Positions 12,846 to 22,692 of a stretch of 64,000 nt of DNA are shown here, piece after piece. The stretch lies in the NCBI GenBank assembly GCA_964016885.1, contig OZ024744.1, positions 89,466,001-89,530,000 on the forward strand. The letters run 5' to 3'. Origin of the DNA: Eledone cirrhosa (taxonomy: Eukaryota). Within the stretch, counting starts at the first letter, position 1. Each line of letters opens with the position of its first letter. The position numbers and the translations under genes are program-made. Under the pieces are notes generated by a model. That model was given only the letters and a program-made list of their open reading frames with translations. It was not told the origin of the DNA and did no database searches.

Positions 12846-15800
12846 CGATGGTCGGCCCTATCGAATGCCTTTGACTGATCCAAATTTATCAGTGCCCCAC
12901 CGAAGCCGAGTTCACACCCCACCCTCTCTGCGATATATTGCATGAGGTGGAGGTTGTCGTGTATGGACCTGGTCGGGATTGCGAATGTCTGCGCTTCTCC
13001 ACCAGGTTTTCAACGACAAGCAGCAGCCTCTTTGCTAACACCTTGGCCAAAATCTGTGTTTAGCAGAGTTATGGGCCTGAAGTTATCTATGTCGTCCCCC
13101 TTGTTCTCGTCCTTCCTGACCAGCGTGACTACGCCCTTGGTCACAGAACTGGGAATTCTCCCGTTCTGCTGCCAGTTGCTGTAGACCGCTTCGGGGAAAC
13201 CGGAGAACAAGTCCGGCATTGCAACGTAAAATTCGTAGGGTAGACAGTCGAGACCTGGAGATTTGCGTTTTCCGCATTGGCTCAGCCCGTCCCCCATCTC
13301 AGCGGCCGAAATCGGCCTTTCGCAGAAATTCGCCTCCCCGTCCGAGAGTCGCGGCAGGCCGTCGAGGTATGGACTGAAATCCATAGCCCCTCCCGGCGCT
13401 CCACACTGCCCGAACAGTTGTGCAAAGTGCCGCTGGAAGGCCGCGCACATCTGCTTCGGTTCAAGTATCACGCGTCCGCCTTGGTCCTTCAAAGACCGAA
13501 TCGTGGACTTGTTGCCACTTTTTCCCTCCGTCACTCGGGCCCAGCTAACAGCTTTGGCTCCCTCGTTTCTCAGAGCACGTGTTTTACTCCTGACAACGCA
13601 GCCCTCGTGCTTTGCGTCGAAGAACTGGTCTAGGGCCGTTCTTGTCGCTAGCACGTTAGCTACGCTGCCACTCCTAATCGCCTCTTCTACTTTATCTACC
13701 AGTTCCTTTTCAGTCTTATTCCTATCTAACGCTAGTTCTCTAGTAAAGCCTATCAATTCTAATCTAATTACTCTCTTAAGAGAGCACCACCACCTGTTGT
13801 TGACAATTGCACCCGTCAAGTGCTGCTTAACTAAAGTGCTAATCTGACTACTGTATGCTTTACGTGTCGGTAACGACAGGTTCAGCTTCCAGTAGTCGGG
13901 TCCCTGCCTATGAGTTCTATCAAGGTTGACTACGCAGGTCACTAGTTTGTGATCTGAATAGGCAACCATGAACATGTGTGGACAACTTTATATGTCCCTA
14001 TCTCTATCTCTCATTAGAAACCTATCTAAGTACGATCTAGATGTCCCGCTACGGTTCGTCCACGTCCACAGTGGCGCAGTCGGGAAATCTAGTCGGTATA
14101 TATCGGCCATTTGAAATCGGCCGATTAAATATTTGAGACTGTTACACCCCCCTCTATCGGGGCATGCTCCCACATAATCCCAACGTGCATCTAGGATTCC
14201 ATTCCAGTCACCCACTAAAAGCAAGGAGCGGGACGTTTTCCGGATGGGGCATATACGGCCACCAGTCTGAAGGCTCCACCTTCACTACTGCTGACGTGTA
14301 GGACCACCAGTCGACCCTCCGGGTCCAGATGTACCGTCTGTGTCACGAGGTCCAGGTGTTTCCGCAGCAAAACAGCAACCCCGCCCCCACCTCTCAGCTG
14401 ACAGAGGGATACGTAGATCTCAAAGTCGTCGAAAATGGGGGCCAGCTGTCGCTCGCTGTGGATCCTGGACTCGCAAATGACTACCACATCCATAGGGTGC
14501 GACCTGAGATCGTTTAAGTGTTTATCCTGTTTCCCGGGCATCCCCAGGCCGCGCACATTCACACATCCGACTTTTATATTGGCCATGTTGGTGAGGAAGA
14601 GTTAGAAAAGAAGAGAAGAGAATTCACTTACCTCCTCGCTTCCTGAAGACCAGGCTGCACAATGTCCATGGGGGTGTTGGGGGGTTGTTTGGTAGGATGG
14701 TGGTTTCTGGCGGGGTCGGGACGGAGATGTTGGTGGAGAGGGTGTCTCGTGGGGTGGGGGTGTCTGGGGTGATGGTGGGGAAACATTTTAAAAGGACGCG
14801 GTTAATGGGTTTAACGCAAGGATTACCCACGTCCTTAGAAAAGTTTTTTCTTTAAAGATTTATAGGTGTCCGAGTGACCCTAATCATCTTTAAATTGGGT
14901 CTGTGTACACAGTTCGAAAAAGTTTTCCCTTCGGTTTTCACTGAAGGGTCGTTGGAGATGACCTCAATTAAAGTTTTGTTTTAGCTGTTTATGTATGTGT
15001 AATGTTCTTGTTGTGTTGTGTTGATTTTTGTATGTTGTTCTTGTGTGTGTTTTCGTTTTGTTGTAGGTGTTTGTGTTTGGAGTGTTGTTGTTGTTTTGTT
15101 TTCAAGAGAGAGGGTTGTTTGTAATGTTTGTGTTGTTTGTGTTGGTGGTTGTGTGTTTGTTGCCTTTTGTTCTTGTTATGTCTTTTTTTTTCTTTTGGAG
15201 CGGAGGGGTTCTCCCTCATCACTGAGTGATTATGAGGGGGGGGTCTCGTCCGTTGTGGTGTCTGTGTGATTGGAAATGGGTACGTTTTGGTGAGCGATTT
15301 TTTTTAGTTGTTTTAGGTGGGGAGGGGTGGGTTGAACTGTACTTGCAGTTTGGTTGTTTTGGTTATTTTTGTGTGTTGTTGTTGTTGTGGTGGTGGTGGT
15401 GGTGGTGGTGGTGGTGGTGGTGGTGGTGGTGGTGGTGGTGGTGGTGGTGGTGGTGGTGGTTGTGTTGCTGTCTTAGGTGTTGGCAGTAGTGCCTTTTCTT
15501 TTAAAACAGTTAGCTGAGGACAGGAAGCCGTCAGGTGACCACTGCTTAATCAGTGGTAACATGATGGCCGCCTACCCTCAACAGAAATGTTTATGTGAGA
15601 ATTTCCGTCTAGAGGCACACGTTGTGGTATTCTAGCTATCCGTTCTGGTCTCATTTGGACCAGAACTTCTAAGCTTGTACCGTTAAATATACCCCTGGAG
15701 GACTTTCTTACCGAAATCACTGAGTCTTCATCAAAATTGATGAAACCAGCTAATATCCACCAGATGTTTACATTTGGTGTGATATTTGTTATTTTTATTT

Positions 15801-16721
15801 TTTGCGTCCTTTTTCCCATATATGTGGGGGAAAAGGTGTAGAGAGTTGACACAATTGGTGACACAGAATATTTCTGTGCTGTCAATTGGTCTTTCATTAT
15901 TACCGATAAATTCCCGAAGAGTTTTCCCTTCTGTATGAAGGTAATAACATTCATGGAGTTTCTTAGAACCAGCTCAGTTTCATTTTGCGTTAATTGAGCT
16001 GGTTTTCTGGTGGTGTTTGAGATTGTCCTGAAAAATACAGTTTTTCAACGCAATTCTTGGGGAGAAGTGATGCTAAAAGCGCCATTCTGCCCCAAAGTTA
16101 CGTACTGCTTGGCATCTCTTAGTAGTTCTCTAGCATTAGAGATGTGAATTTGTTTATACAGTTCTGTCTTTTGGACAGTTTGTGCGAACGAAATTGTTTC
16201 TTTTTTTTTTTAGTTATTTTTGTTGGTGTTGTTGTCATCATTGTTGCTGTTGTTGGTGTTGGTGTTGTTGTCATCATTGTTGCTGTTGTTGTTGTTGCTG
16301 GTGCCGTTGGTTGTGTTGTTTTTGTTCATTGTTTCACACTTTTGTTTTTGATTTGTTGCCATGGCAACGTCAAGTTGTTGGTCAGCAAGTGAACAAAATC
16401 CTTCCTCTGGCTGACGTTTGTCTGAGACATCTGCTACTATGAGAGAGGAAAGGGGAAGCTGTAAGCATATCTTCCCCTTTCCTCCTTCGAATGTTGGTGA
16501 AGAAGCTTCAGCCATTTTTTTTTATGTTATCTTTTCCAAAAAAACTTTTTGTGAACTATTTCGCCTAAAGGCGTAGAATATTTTGAGAGACTGACCAGAT
16601 CAAAATATGACCGGGCAGTCCCTCTACAAATTGGTATAAAATTGAAGGTTTACAGTTAGGAATTTCTATAGAAATTTAGGCAGAACATACCCAGCAAATT
16701 TCACGCGTGTGTTCATCCCAA

Positions 16722-16723
<2 letters not shown>
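12846..16723 (-). mobile_element. Tx1 copy B: 5'-complete, decayed; ORF2 deleted downstream of the KAFDR motif
   Basis: ORF1 pieces 14.6-16.5 kb; ORF2 pieces 14215..14586, 13988..14224 and 13010..13975 (NVRGL, GDWN, YLDRF, SDH, NFRPITLLN) ending at GALINLDQSKAFDRADHR, fused to copy A. Confidence 0.9.

Positions 16724-16783
<60 letters not shown>
16724..16783. repeat. (GATA)n tract between Tx1 copies B and C
   Basis: About 15 units. Confidence 0.98.
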
Positions 16784-16997
16784 TTCTTTATTTACCATAA
16801 AGGCATAAAAAGAAGGGACAAATACAAAGGGGGAGTTTACATATAATCGAGTAAAAAGGGTGTAACATGAAAATAATCGAAAATAACCTCAAAAGGGAGG
16901 GGACGTGATGGGGGTTGCACACACCCCCGAAAAAGTGTGCAATCCTTTGCCCGGGGAGCACATGGAGAAGGTGCTCCCCTCTCCTTCACTTCTTTAC

Positions 16998-19900
16998 CTA
17001 CAGGATGATATACAGAGAAGGCCCATTTACACGAGCCATTCTCGCCACTATCACCCACCTTTCATAAAACTGCCTGTGGCCAAGCACCTCTCTCTCCATT
17101 CTTATCCTTCTTCCGAAGTGATATCGGAAGAAGTAGACCAGACTATGGCCAGAGAGGAAGTTGCCTGACCTCAGACCTTTCAATCGTGTCCACCAAACAA
17201 CCTCTTTCAACATGGCTATTACGCACAGAAAAACCGCCTTTGCTTCCTTTGTGAAGAGGGGAGGCGGTTTGATTGTCATCACGGACTCGGCGGTCAATTT
17301 AATCGGCGCCACCCGCGACAGCAGTTGTTCGGCGTAGCCCCACAGATCAGCCACGCCCGGACATTGCACCAATGCGTGCGCCACGGTTTCTTCGTGACGC
17401 ACGCATCTAGGGCAAATCTTTTTTGAGGGATCCCTGCCCGGGCGCCCGTGTCTGTAGAGCCTCTCTCGAACGGGTAGAGCCCCTCGGTAGCACTGCCAGG
17501 CCAGTGACTTCTGGAAGTTGTCCATTGGTCCTGGGCCGAAAGTCCTACCGAACAGGCTGGCCAGTTCGTCTTCTTCCATGTCCAGCGACTCTCCAAGGGT
17601 GTCATCGCCCCTGCTAGCCACCAGCCCTCTATAGAATGATGAGGTGGATTCTCCACCGATGGCCCGGCCCGCTTGCCAGAGAGCCCTGAGCGCCTGAGCA
17701 CACTCAGTGTGCCAGTCTCCCAGTTTTCCGGATCTTTGCTTGACCCAGGACTGTAGCTCGGTGAGTGAGACGAGTCTCGGAAAGGCTCGTTTCACGAACG
17801 GAGCCCACACCGGTTGACCAGTGAGGAATACCTGTAGGTGCCGTAGCCTTAATGCGTGCCTACGCATCATCAACCACGGCATCCCCAGCCCTCCTTTCGA
17901 AGGTTGTTGGCAGCAGATGGATCTTCTCACCATAGGAGGACGCTTCTTCCAAAGAAATTGGAAGAGCATGCGTTCCATGGTGGTGAGTGTTTCCTTAGGG
18001 CAAGGCACGACAGTCAGGCGGTAGTAAGTGACGGACGCTATGTAAATGTTCGCCACCTCCGCCCGGCCTTTTAGGGACAGCTTACACTTGGCCCATTTCT
18101 GGGTTAGTGCAAACACCTTGTTCGTAACCTCGTTCCAGTTCTTTTCCACCTGGAGGTCCGGTCCAAACCAGACCCCAAGCAACTTTACCGGGCCCTCCGT
18201 CCAGTGTCCGACGACACCGTCAGGAGGCATCGGTTTGCCTCTCCACGTTCCGAGTTGCAGCCCGATGGATTTTTCCCGGTTCAGTTTCGCTCCTGACAAC
18301 CTTTCGTACTCCTCCAGTAAGGTACCGATCGCCTCGATCTCCGAGTCGGTTGATACCATTACTGTTACGTCATCGGCGTAGGCCGACACCGCTTTGCTCA
18401 ATCCTGGTTCCAGGGGGATACCCTGCAACAACTCCAACTTCCTCAGTAAAGGCTCGAGAGTCAATACGTACAGAAGAGAGGAGAGAGGGCACCCCTGTCG
18501 AATGGATCGTGTGATTTCGAACGGCTTCGAAAGGTAGCCGTTCACCTTGATCCTAGAACAGATGTGGTTGCTATGTAGGGCAGTGATCCAGCCTCTGAAA
18601 ACAGGACCGAACCCAGCCGCCGCTAGCACCGCATCCAGGTAACCATGGTCGACCCTATCGAAGGCCTTAGACTGATCCAAGTTGATCAGGGCCCCACCGA
18701 AGCCGGGTTTGTTGCCAACCCTCTCTATGATGTATCGCATGAGGTGGAGGTTATCGTGAATGGACCTGGATGGGATAGCACATGTCTGCGCATCTCCCAC
18801 CAGGCCACCCACGACAAGCGCCAACCTCTTTGCTAACACCTTGGCCAAAATCTTTAACTCTGTGTTTAGCAGGGTTATGGGCCGGAAATTATTTATACTA
18901 TCCCCCTTGTTCTCGTCCTTCCTCACCAGCGTGACTACGCCCTTGGCTACAGAACAAGGAATTCTCCCGTTCTGCTGCCAATTGCAGTAGACCGCTTCGA
19001 GGAGTTCGGAGAAGAAGACCGGCATTGCTAAATAAAGTTCGTAAGGTATACCATCGAGACCTGGAGATTTGCGTCTGCTGCATTGGCTCAGCGCATCTCC
19101 GATCTCATCAGCCGAGATTGGTCCCTCGCAGGACTCTGCCTCTTTGTTCGAGAGACGCGGCAGGCCGTCGAGGTATGGACCGAAATCCACGCCCCGGCCC
19201 GGACCCTCGCCTCCCCCGAACAATCGGGCAAAGTGCTTTTGAAAGGCCTCGCACATCTGCTTAGGCTCCCGGATCACTCGTCCATCTTCGTCTTGCAACG
19301 ACCGGATGGTGGATCGATTTCCACTTTTAGCTTCTGTCACGCGGGCCCATCCAACGGCTTTGGCCCCCTCATTACCTAGAGCACGTATTTTACTTCGAAT
19401 GACGCAGCCTTCATGCTTTGCATCGAAAAACTGGTTCAAGGCCGTCCTCGATGCCAGCACTCTGGCCACATCTTCGCTCTTGATTGCCTCTTCTAATTTA
19501 CCTGTTAATTCTTTCTCGTTTCTATTCCTATTGGCAGCTAACATCTTGCTATAACTTATTGATTCTGTTCTAATCTCTCTTTTGAGAGATGCCCACCATC
19601 GGTTGTTGACGATTGCACCCGTCAACCTCTCCTTAACTAATCTGCTAATCCGGTTTCTGTAAGTCTCTTTTGCCGGTAAAGACAAATTAAGTTTCCAGTA
19701 ACCGGGACCCTGTCTATGTGTTTTCTCGAGATTGACCACGCAGGTCACTAATTTGTGATCCGTGTAGCCAACCGTGCGCATTTCTGGACAGCTTAATATG
19801 TCCCTATCCTTACTTCTAACTAAGAATCTATCTAAGTACGATCTAGATTGACCACTGTGGTTTCTCCAAGTCCAGGTAGGCACAGTTGGAAAATCTAGTC

Positions 19901-20435
19901 GATATCTATCGACCAAGTTAAAACGGTCGAGTAACCCCTTGAGGCTGTTACACCCCCCTCTATTAGGACATGCTCCTGCATAGTCCCAACGTGCATCCAG
20001 GATGTCATTCCAATCCCCCGCTAGAAGCAGGGAACGCGACGTTCCCAGAAAAGTCTCCAAACGCTGGAAGAAGTCGGGCCGTTCAGCTCCGAAAGGGGAG
20101 TAGACGGCGACCAGTCTCAAGGCCGCACTTTCACTACTGCCAACGTCTAGCACCAACAAACGACCCTCCGGGTCCGAGTGCACAACCTGTACGGCAAGAC
20201 CCAGGTGTTTTTGCAGCAGCACGACAACCCCACCCCCACCTCCAGGTTGACAGAGAGATGCATGCACTTCAAAGTCATCGAAGGTGGGGGCCAGCTGCCG
20301 CATGACGCTGATTCGAGTCTCACAGATAACCATTACATTTATACTACATGACCTGAGGTCATTTAGAAGCTTTGCTTGCTTCCAAGTTGAGCCCAGGCCA
20401 CGTGCATTCAAACATCCTACTCTTAACACATCCAT
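16998..20435 (-). CDS. Tx1/L1-clade ORF2: APE, RT and C-terminal CCHC, 1145 aa
   Basis: LNARGL, ICETR, GDWN, YLDRF, TDH, GPGYWKLN, NFRPITLLN, LDQSKAFDRVDH, IRQGCPLS, YADD, CPRC-x8-H-x4-C. Confidence 0.96.
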   Translation of the reverse strand: MDVLRVGCLNARGLGSTWKQAKLLNDLRSCSINVMVICETRISVMRQLAPTFDDFEVHASLCQPGGGGGVVVLLQKHLGLAVQVVHSDPEGRLLVLDVGSSESAALRLVAVYSPFGAERPDFFQRLETFLGTSRSLLLAGDWNDILDARWDYAGACPNRGGCNSLKGLLDRFNLVDRYRLDFPTVPTWTWRNHSGQSRSYLDRFLVRSKDRDILSCPEMRTVGYTDHKLVTCVVNLEKTHRQGPGYWKLNLSLPAKETYRNRISRLVKERLTGAIVNNRWWASLKREIRTESISYSKMLAANRNRNEKELTGKLEEAIKSEDVARVLASRTALNQFFDAKHEGCVIRSKIRALGNEGAKAVGWARVTEAKSGNRSTIRSLQDEDGRVIREPKQMCEAFQKHFARLFGGGEGPGRGVDFGPYLDGLPRLSNKEAESCEGPISADEIGDALSQCSRRKSPGLDGIPYELYLAMPVFFSELLEAVYCNWQQNGRIPCSVAKGVVTLVRKDENKGDSINNFRPITLLNTELKILAKVLAKRLALVVGGLVGDAQTCAIPSRSIHDNLHLMRYIIERVGNKPGFGGALINLDQSKAFDRVDHGYLDAVLAAAGFGPVFRGWITALHSNHICSRIKVNGYLSKPFEITRSIRQGCPLSSLLYVLTLEPLLRKLELLQGIPLEPGLSKAVSAYADDVTVMVSTDSEIEAIGTLLEEYERLSGAKLNREKSIGLQLGTWRGKPMPPDGVVGHWTEGPVKLLGVWFGPDLQVEKNWNEVTNKVFALTQKWAKCKLSLKGRAEVANIYIASVTYYRLTVVPCPKETLTTMERMLFQFLWKKRPPMVRRSICCQQPSKGGLGMPWLMMRRHALRLRHLQVFLTGQPVWAPFVKRAFPRLVSLTELQSWVKQRSGKLGDWHTECAQALRALWQAGRAIGGESTSSFYRGLVASRGDDTLGESLDMEEDELASLFGRTFGPGPMDNFQKSLAWQCYRGALPVRERLYRHGRPGRDPSKKICPRCVRHEETVAHALVQCPGVADLWGYAEQLLSRVAPIKLTAESVMTIKPPPLFTKEAKAVFLCVIAMLKEVVWWTRLKGLRSGNFLSGHSLVYFFRYHFGRRIRMEREVLGHRQFYERWVIVARMARVNGPSLYIIL

Positions 20436-20468
20436 GTGGGCGGCAGAGCCAAAGGAGAGTGTAGAGAC

Positions 20469-22350
20469 CTACCTTTCCGCTTCCCGGGGTTCGGGTTGCA
20501 CGACTTCCATGGGGTCGGGGGTGTTGGGTGAAGGGGTGTCTTGTGGTGGTGTGGGGTCGTCGGTGTGTGGTGGGGTTGGGGTGTTTGGAGTTGTGTTGGG
20601 GAGGGGAAGGGGAGGGGGAAAGCTTTTTAGTAGGACGCGGTTTATGGGTTTGACAGAGGGTGGTCCTACGTCCTCCTTAAAATCCTTTTTTAGTTTTTGG
20701 TAGAGGTTCATTGGGATTTTTATTAGTTTTAAATGTGGGTGGTTTTCTGATGAAACAAAGTTTACACCTTCGGTTTGTACCGAAGGATTATTGTATATGA
20801 GTTCATTTAATTTATTATTGTTTCTGTTGATGTAAGTATAGTGTAATGTCTTTTTTTCCGATGGTGTGAGTGTTTCGAAGAGGGGAGGGGCAGGTTTGGT
20901 TTTGTTTGTTGCTGGAGGGGTGTTTTCTGTTTTGTTAGATTGTGTTGCGATTTGGGTGGGGGTTGTTTGTCCTTGTGTGTTTTGCACATGTTTTCTTTTT
21001 TTTCCTTTTAATCTGTCTGAAGGACTCCGTTTCTTCCTCCGAATTCGTTGGGTTATCTTCAGTGTTGGAGGGAAGAGGTATGTTTGCTGGTAATGTTTCC
21101 GTGTTGGATTTCTTTGTGGGGGAGATGGATGTCACTATGTTAGACTGTGTTGTGTGTTGTGTCTGCGGTGGTTGTGTTGTTTTATTGAGTGAGAGGTTGG
21201 GTGGGCCTGTATTTTGTTTTGGGGTAATGTGTTGTGACTGTTTGTGTTGTGGTGGTGTTGTGGTGTTACTGAGGGACGGGTTGGGTGGGACTGAGTTTTG
21301 TTGTTTGTTTATCTGTTGTGGTGGTGGTGGTGGAGCTGGTGTTGGTAGCAGAGTTTTCTTTTTGTTGAGTTGTGGACAAGCGGCCTTCAGGTGCCCTCTG
21401 CCTGCACAGATATGGCAGGACGGCCTTCTCCCCTCCACGCTAATGTTTATATACCCGTGGTCCTCTAATAGGATTCTGTCGGGTATTTGGGCGATGCGTT
21501 CAGGCTTCATTTGTACTACCAGCTCTATACCTGTTCCACTGAACGCATTGCCTGTGGTTTTCCCAATGGAAATCACGTTGTCATTCACTGGATCGATGAA
21601 GCCAGCTATGAGCCAGCAGTAGTCCACATCTGGCATCATTGCATCCAGCCATATGCGTTGAGTTTTTTTTCCCATATAAGATGGATAAAAGGTGAAATTT
21701 TTCGAACGAATCGGTGACAAAGCACATTTTTTTGCCGCCGATTCGTTCTTCATGATAATTGCTAGGCTTCCATACAGTCTGTCTTTTCTTATGAAAGTTG
21801 TTTCATTCAGTACTTCTGCGAGTACTGTTTTGATATCTGCTTGAGAAGGCTGTTCAGGTTTTTTTGTACTGTTGTTGATGGTCCGAAACTTGACCGTTCG
21901 GCTTTCAATGTCTTTCGTGAATTCTTGAGGCATTTTTACCAATAAAATACCATTCTCACCTTCACTTATGTATTGTTTTGCGTCCGTGATCCTTCGTACC
22001 ACATCTGAAATGTTTTCCGCTATATAAGTCAAAGATTTCTTTGTTTTCTGTGCAAAAGAAATCTTGTCGTCTGCTTTGTTTTCTGATATGATGTTATTTT
22101 CAACTGTTATTTTTTTGTTTGTTGTGTCTTTGTTTGTGTTATTAGTATTGTCATGCAATTTTTCAAATTTTTTTTTTTCGTTGTTTTCGTCATTTAATTT
22201 TTTTTCCTCCGCAGATTCGTCCGTTTTTATTTTCATTTTTCCTTCCTTCTCTATGACGTTAGTTGGGAAGGAAGGGAGGACTAAAGCGTGCGAGCTTACA
22301 ACTCTTACCGCTGTCCCCCCACCACTATTTTCGTTCGCTGCGTTTAACAT
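20469..22350 (-). CDS. Tx1 ORF1 (gag-like, CCHC knuckle), split by a one-base slip in an A8 run near 21000
   Basis: 20935..22350 (CHICAGRGHLKAAC) plus 20469..20987, whose VKPINRVLLKxFP motif is shared with copies B and D. Confidence 0.85.
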
Positions 22351-22583
22351 TTCTGTTAGACGATTGAAATTTTTTACACAAAATTTTTTAAAACAGGTTT
22401 TTCACCTCTATGAGGGGTAAAGATGAGCTAACCCACCGCCTGACAGTTCAGACGGAGGGTCAAGCTACACAATTGTATCAAAATTAAGTTTGAACTCACA
22501 AAATTTCCTCAATAAATTTGAACAAAACTTCTGTGCGAAGTGAATGACATCCACACTGTAGAACAGACGACAGCTAGATTATA

Positions 22584-22605
22584 TAGATAGATAGATAGAT
22601 AGATG

Positions 22606-22692
<87 letters not shown>
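22584..22692. repeat. (GATA)n tract between Tx1 copies C and D
   Basis: About 27 units. Confidence 0.98.

Larger units (their letters stand above)
16784..22578 (-). mobile_element. Tx1 copy C: full-length (about 5.8 kb), intact ORF2
   Basis: 5' UTR, ORF1, ORF2 and a 3' UTR ending AATAAAGAAA(TCTA)n. Confidence 0.95.
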
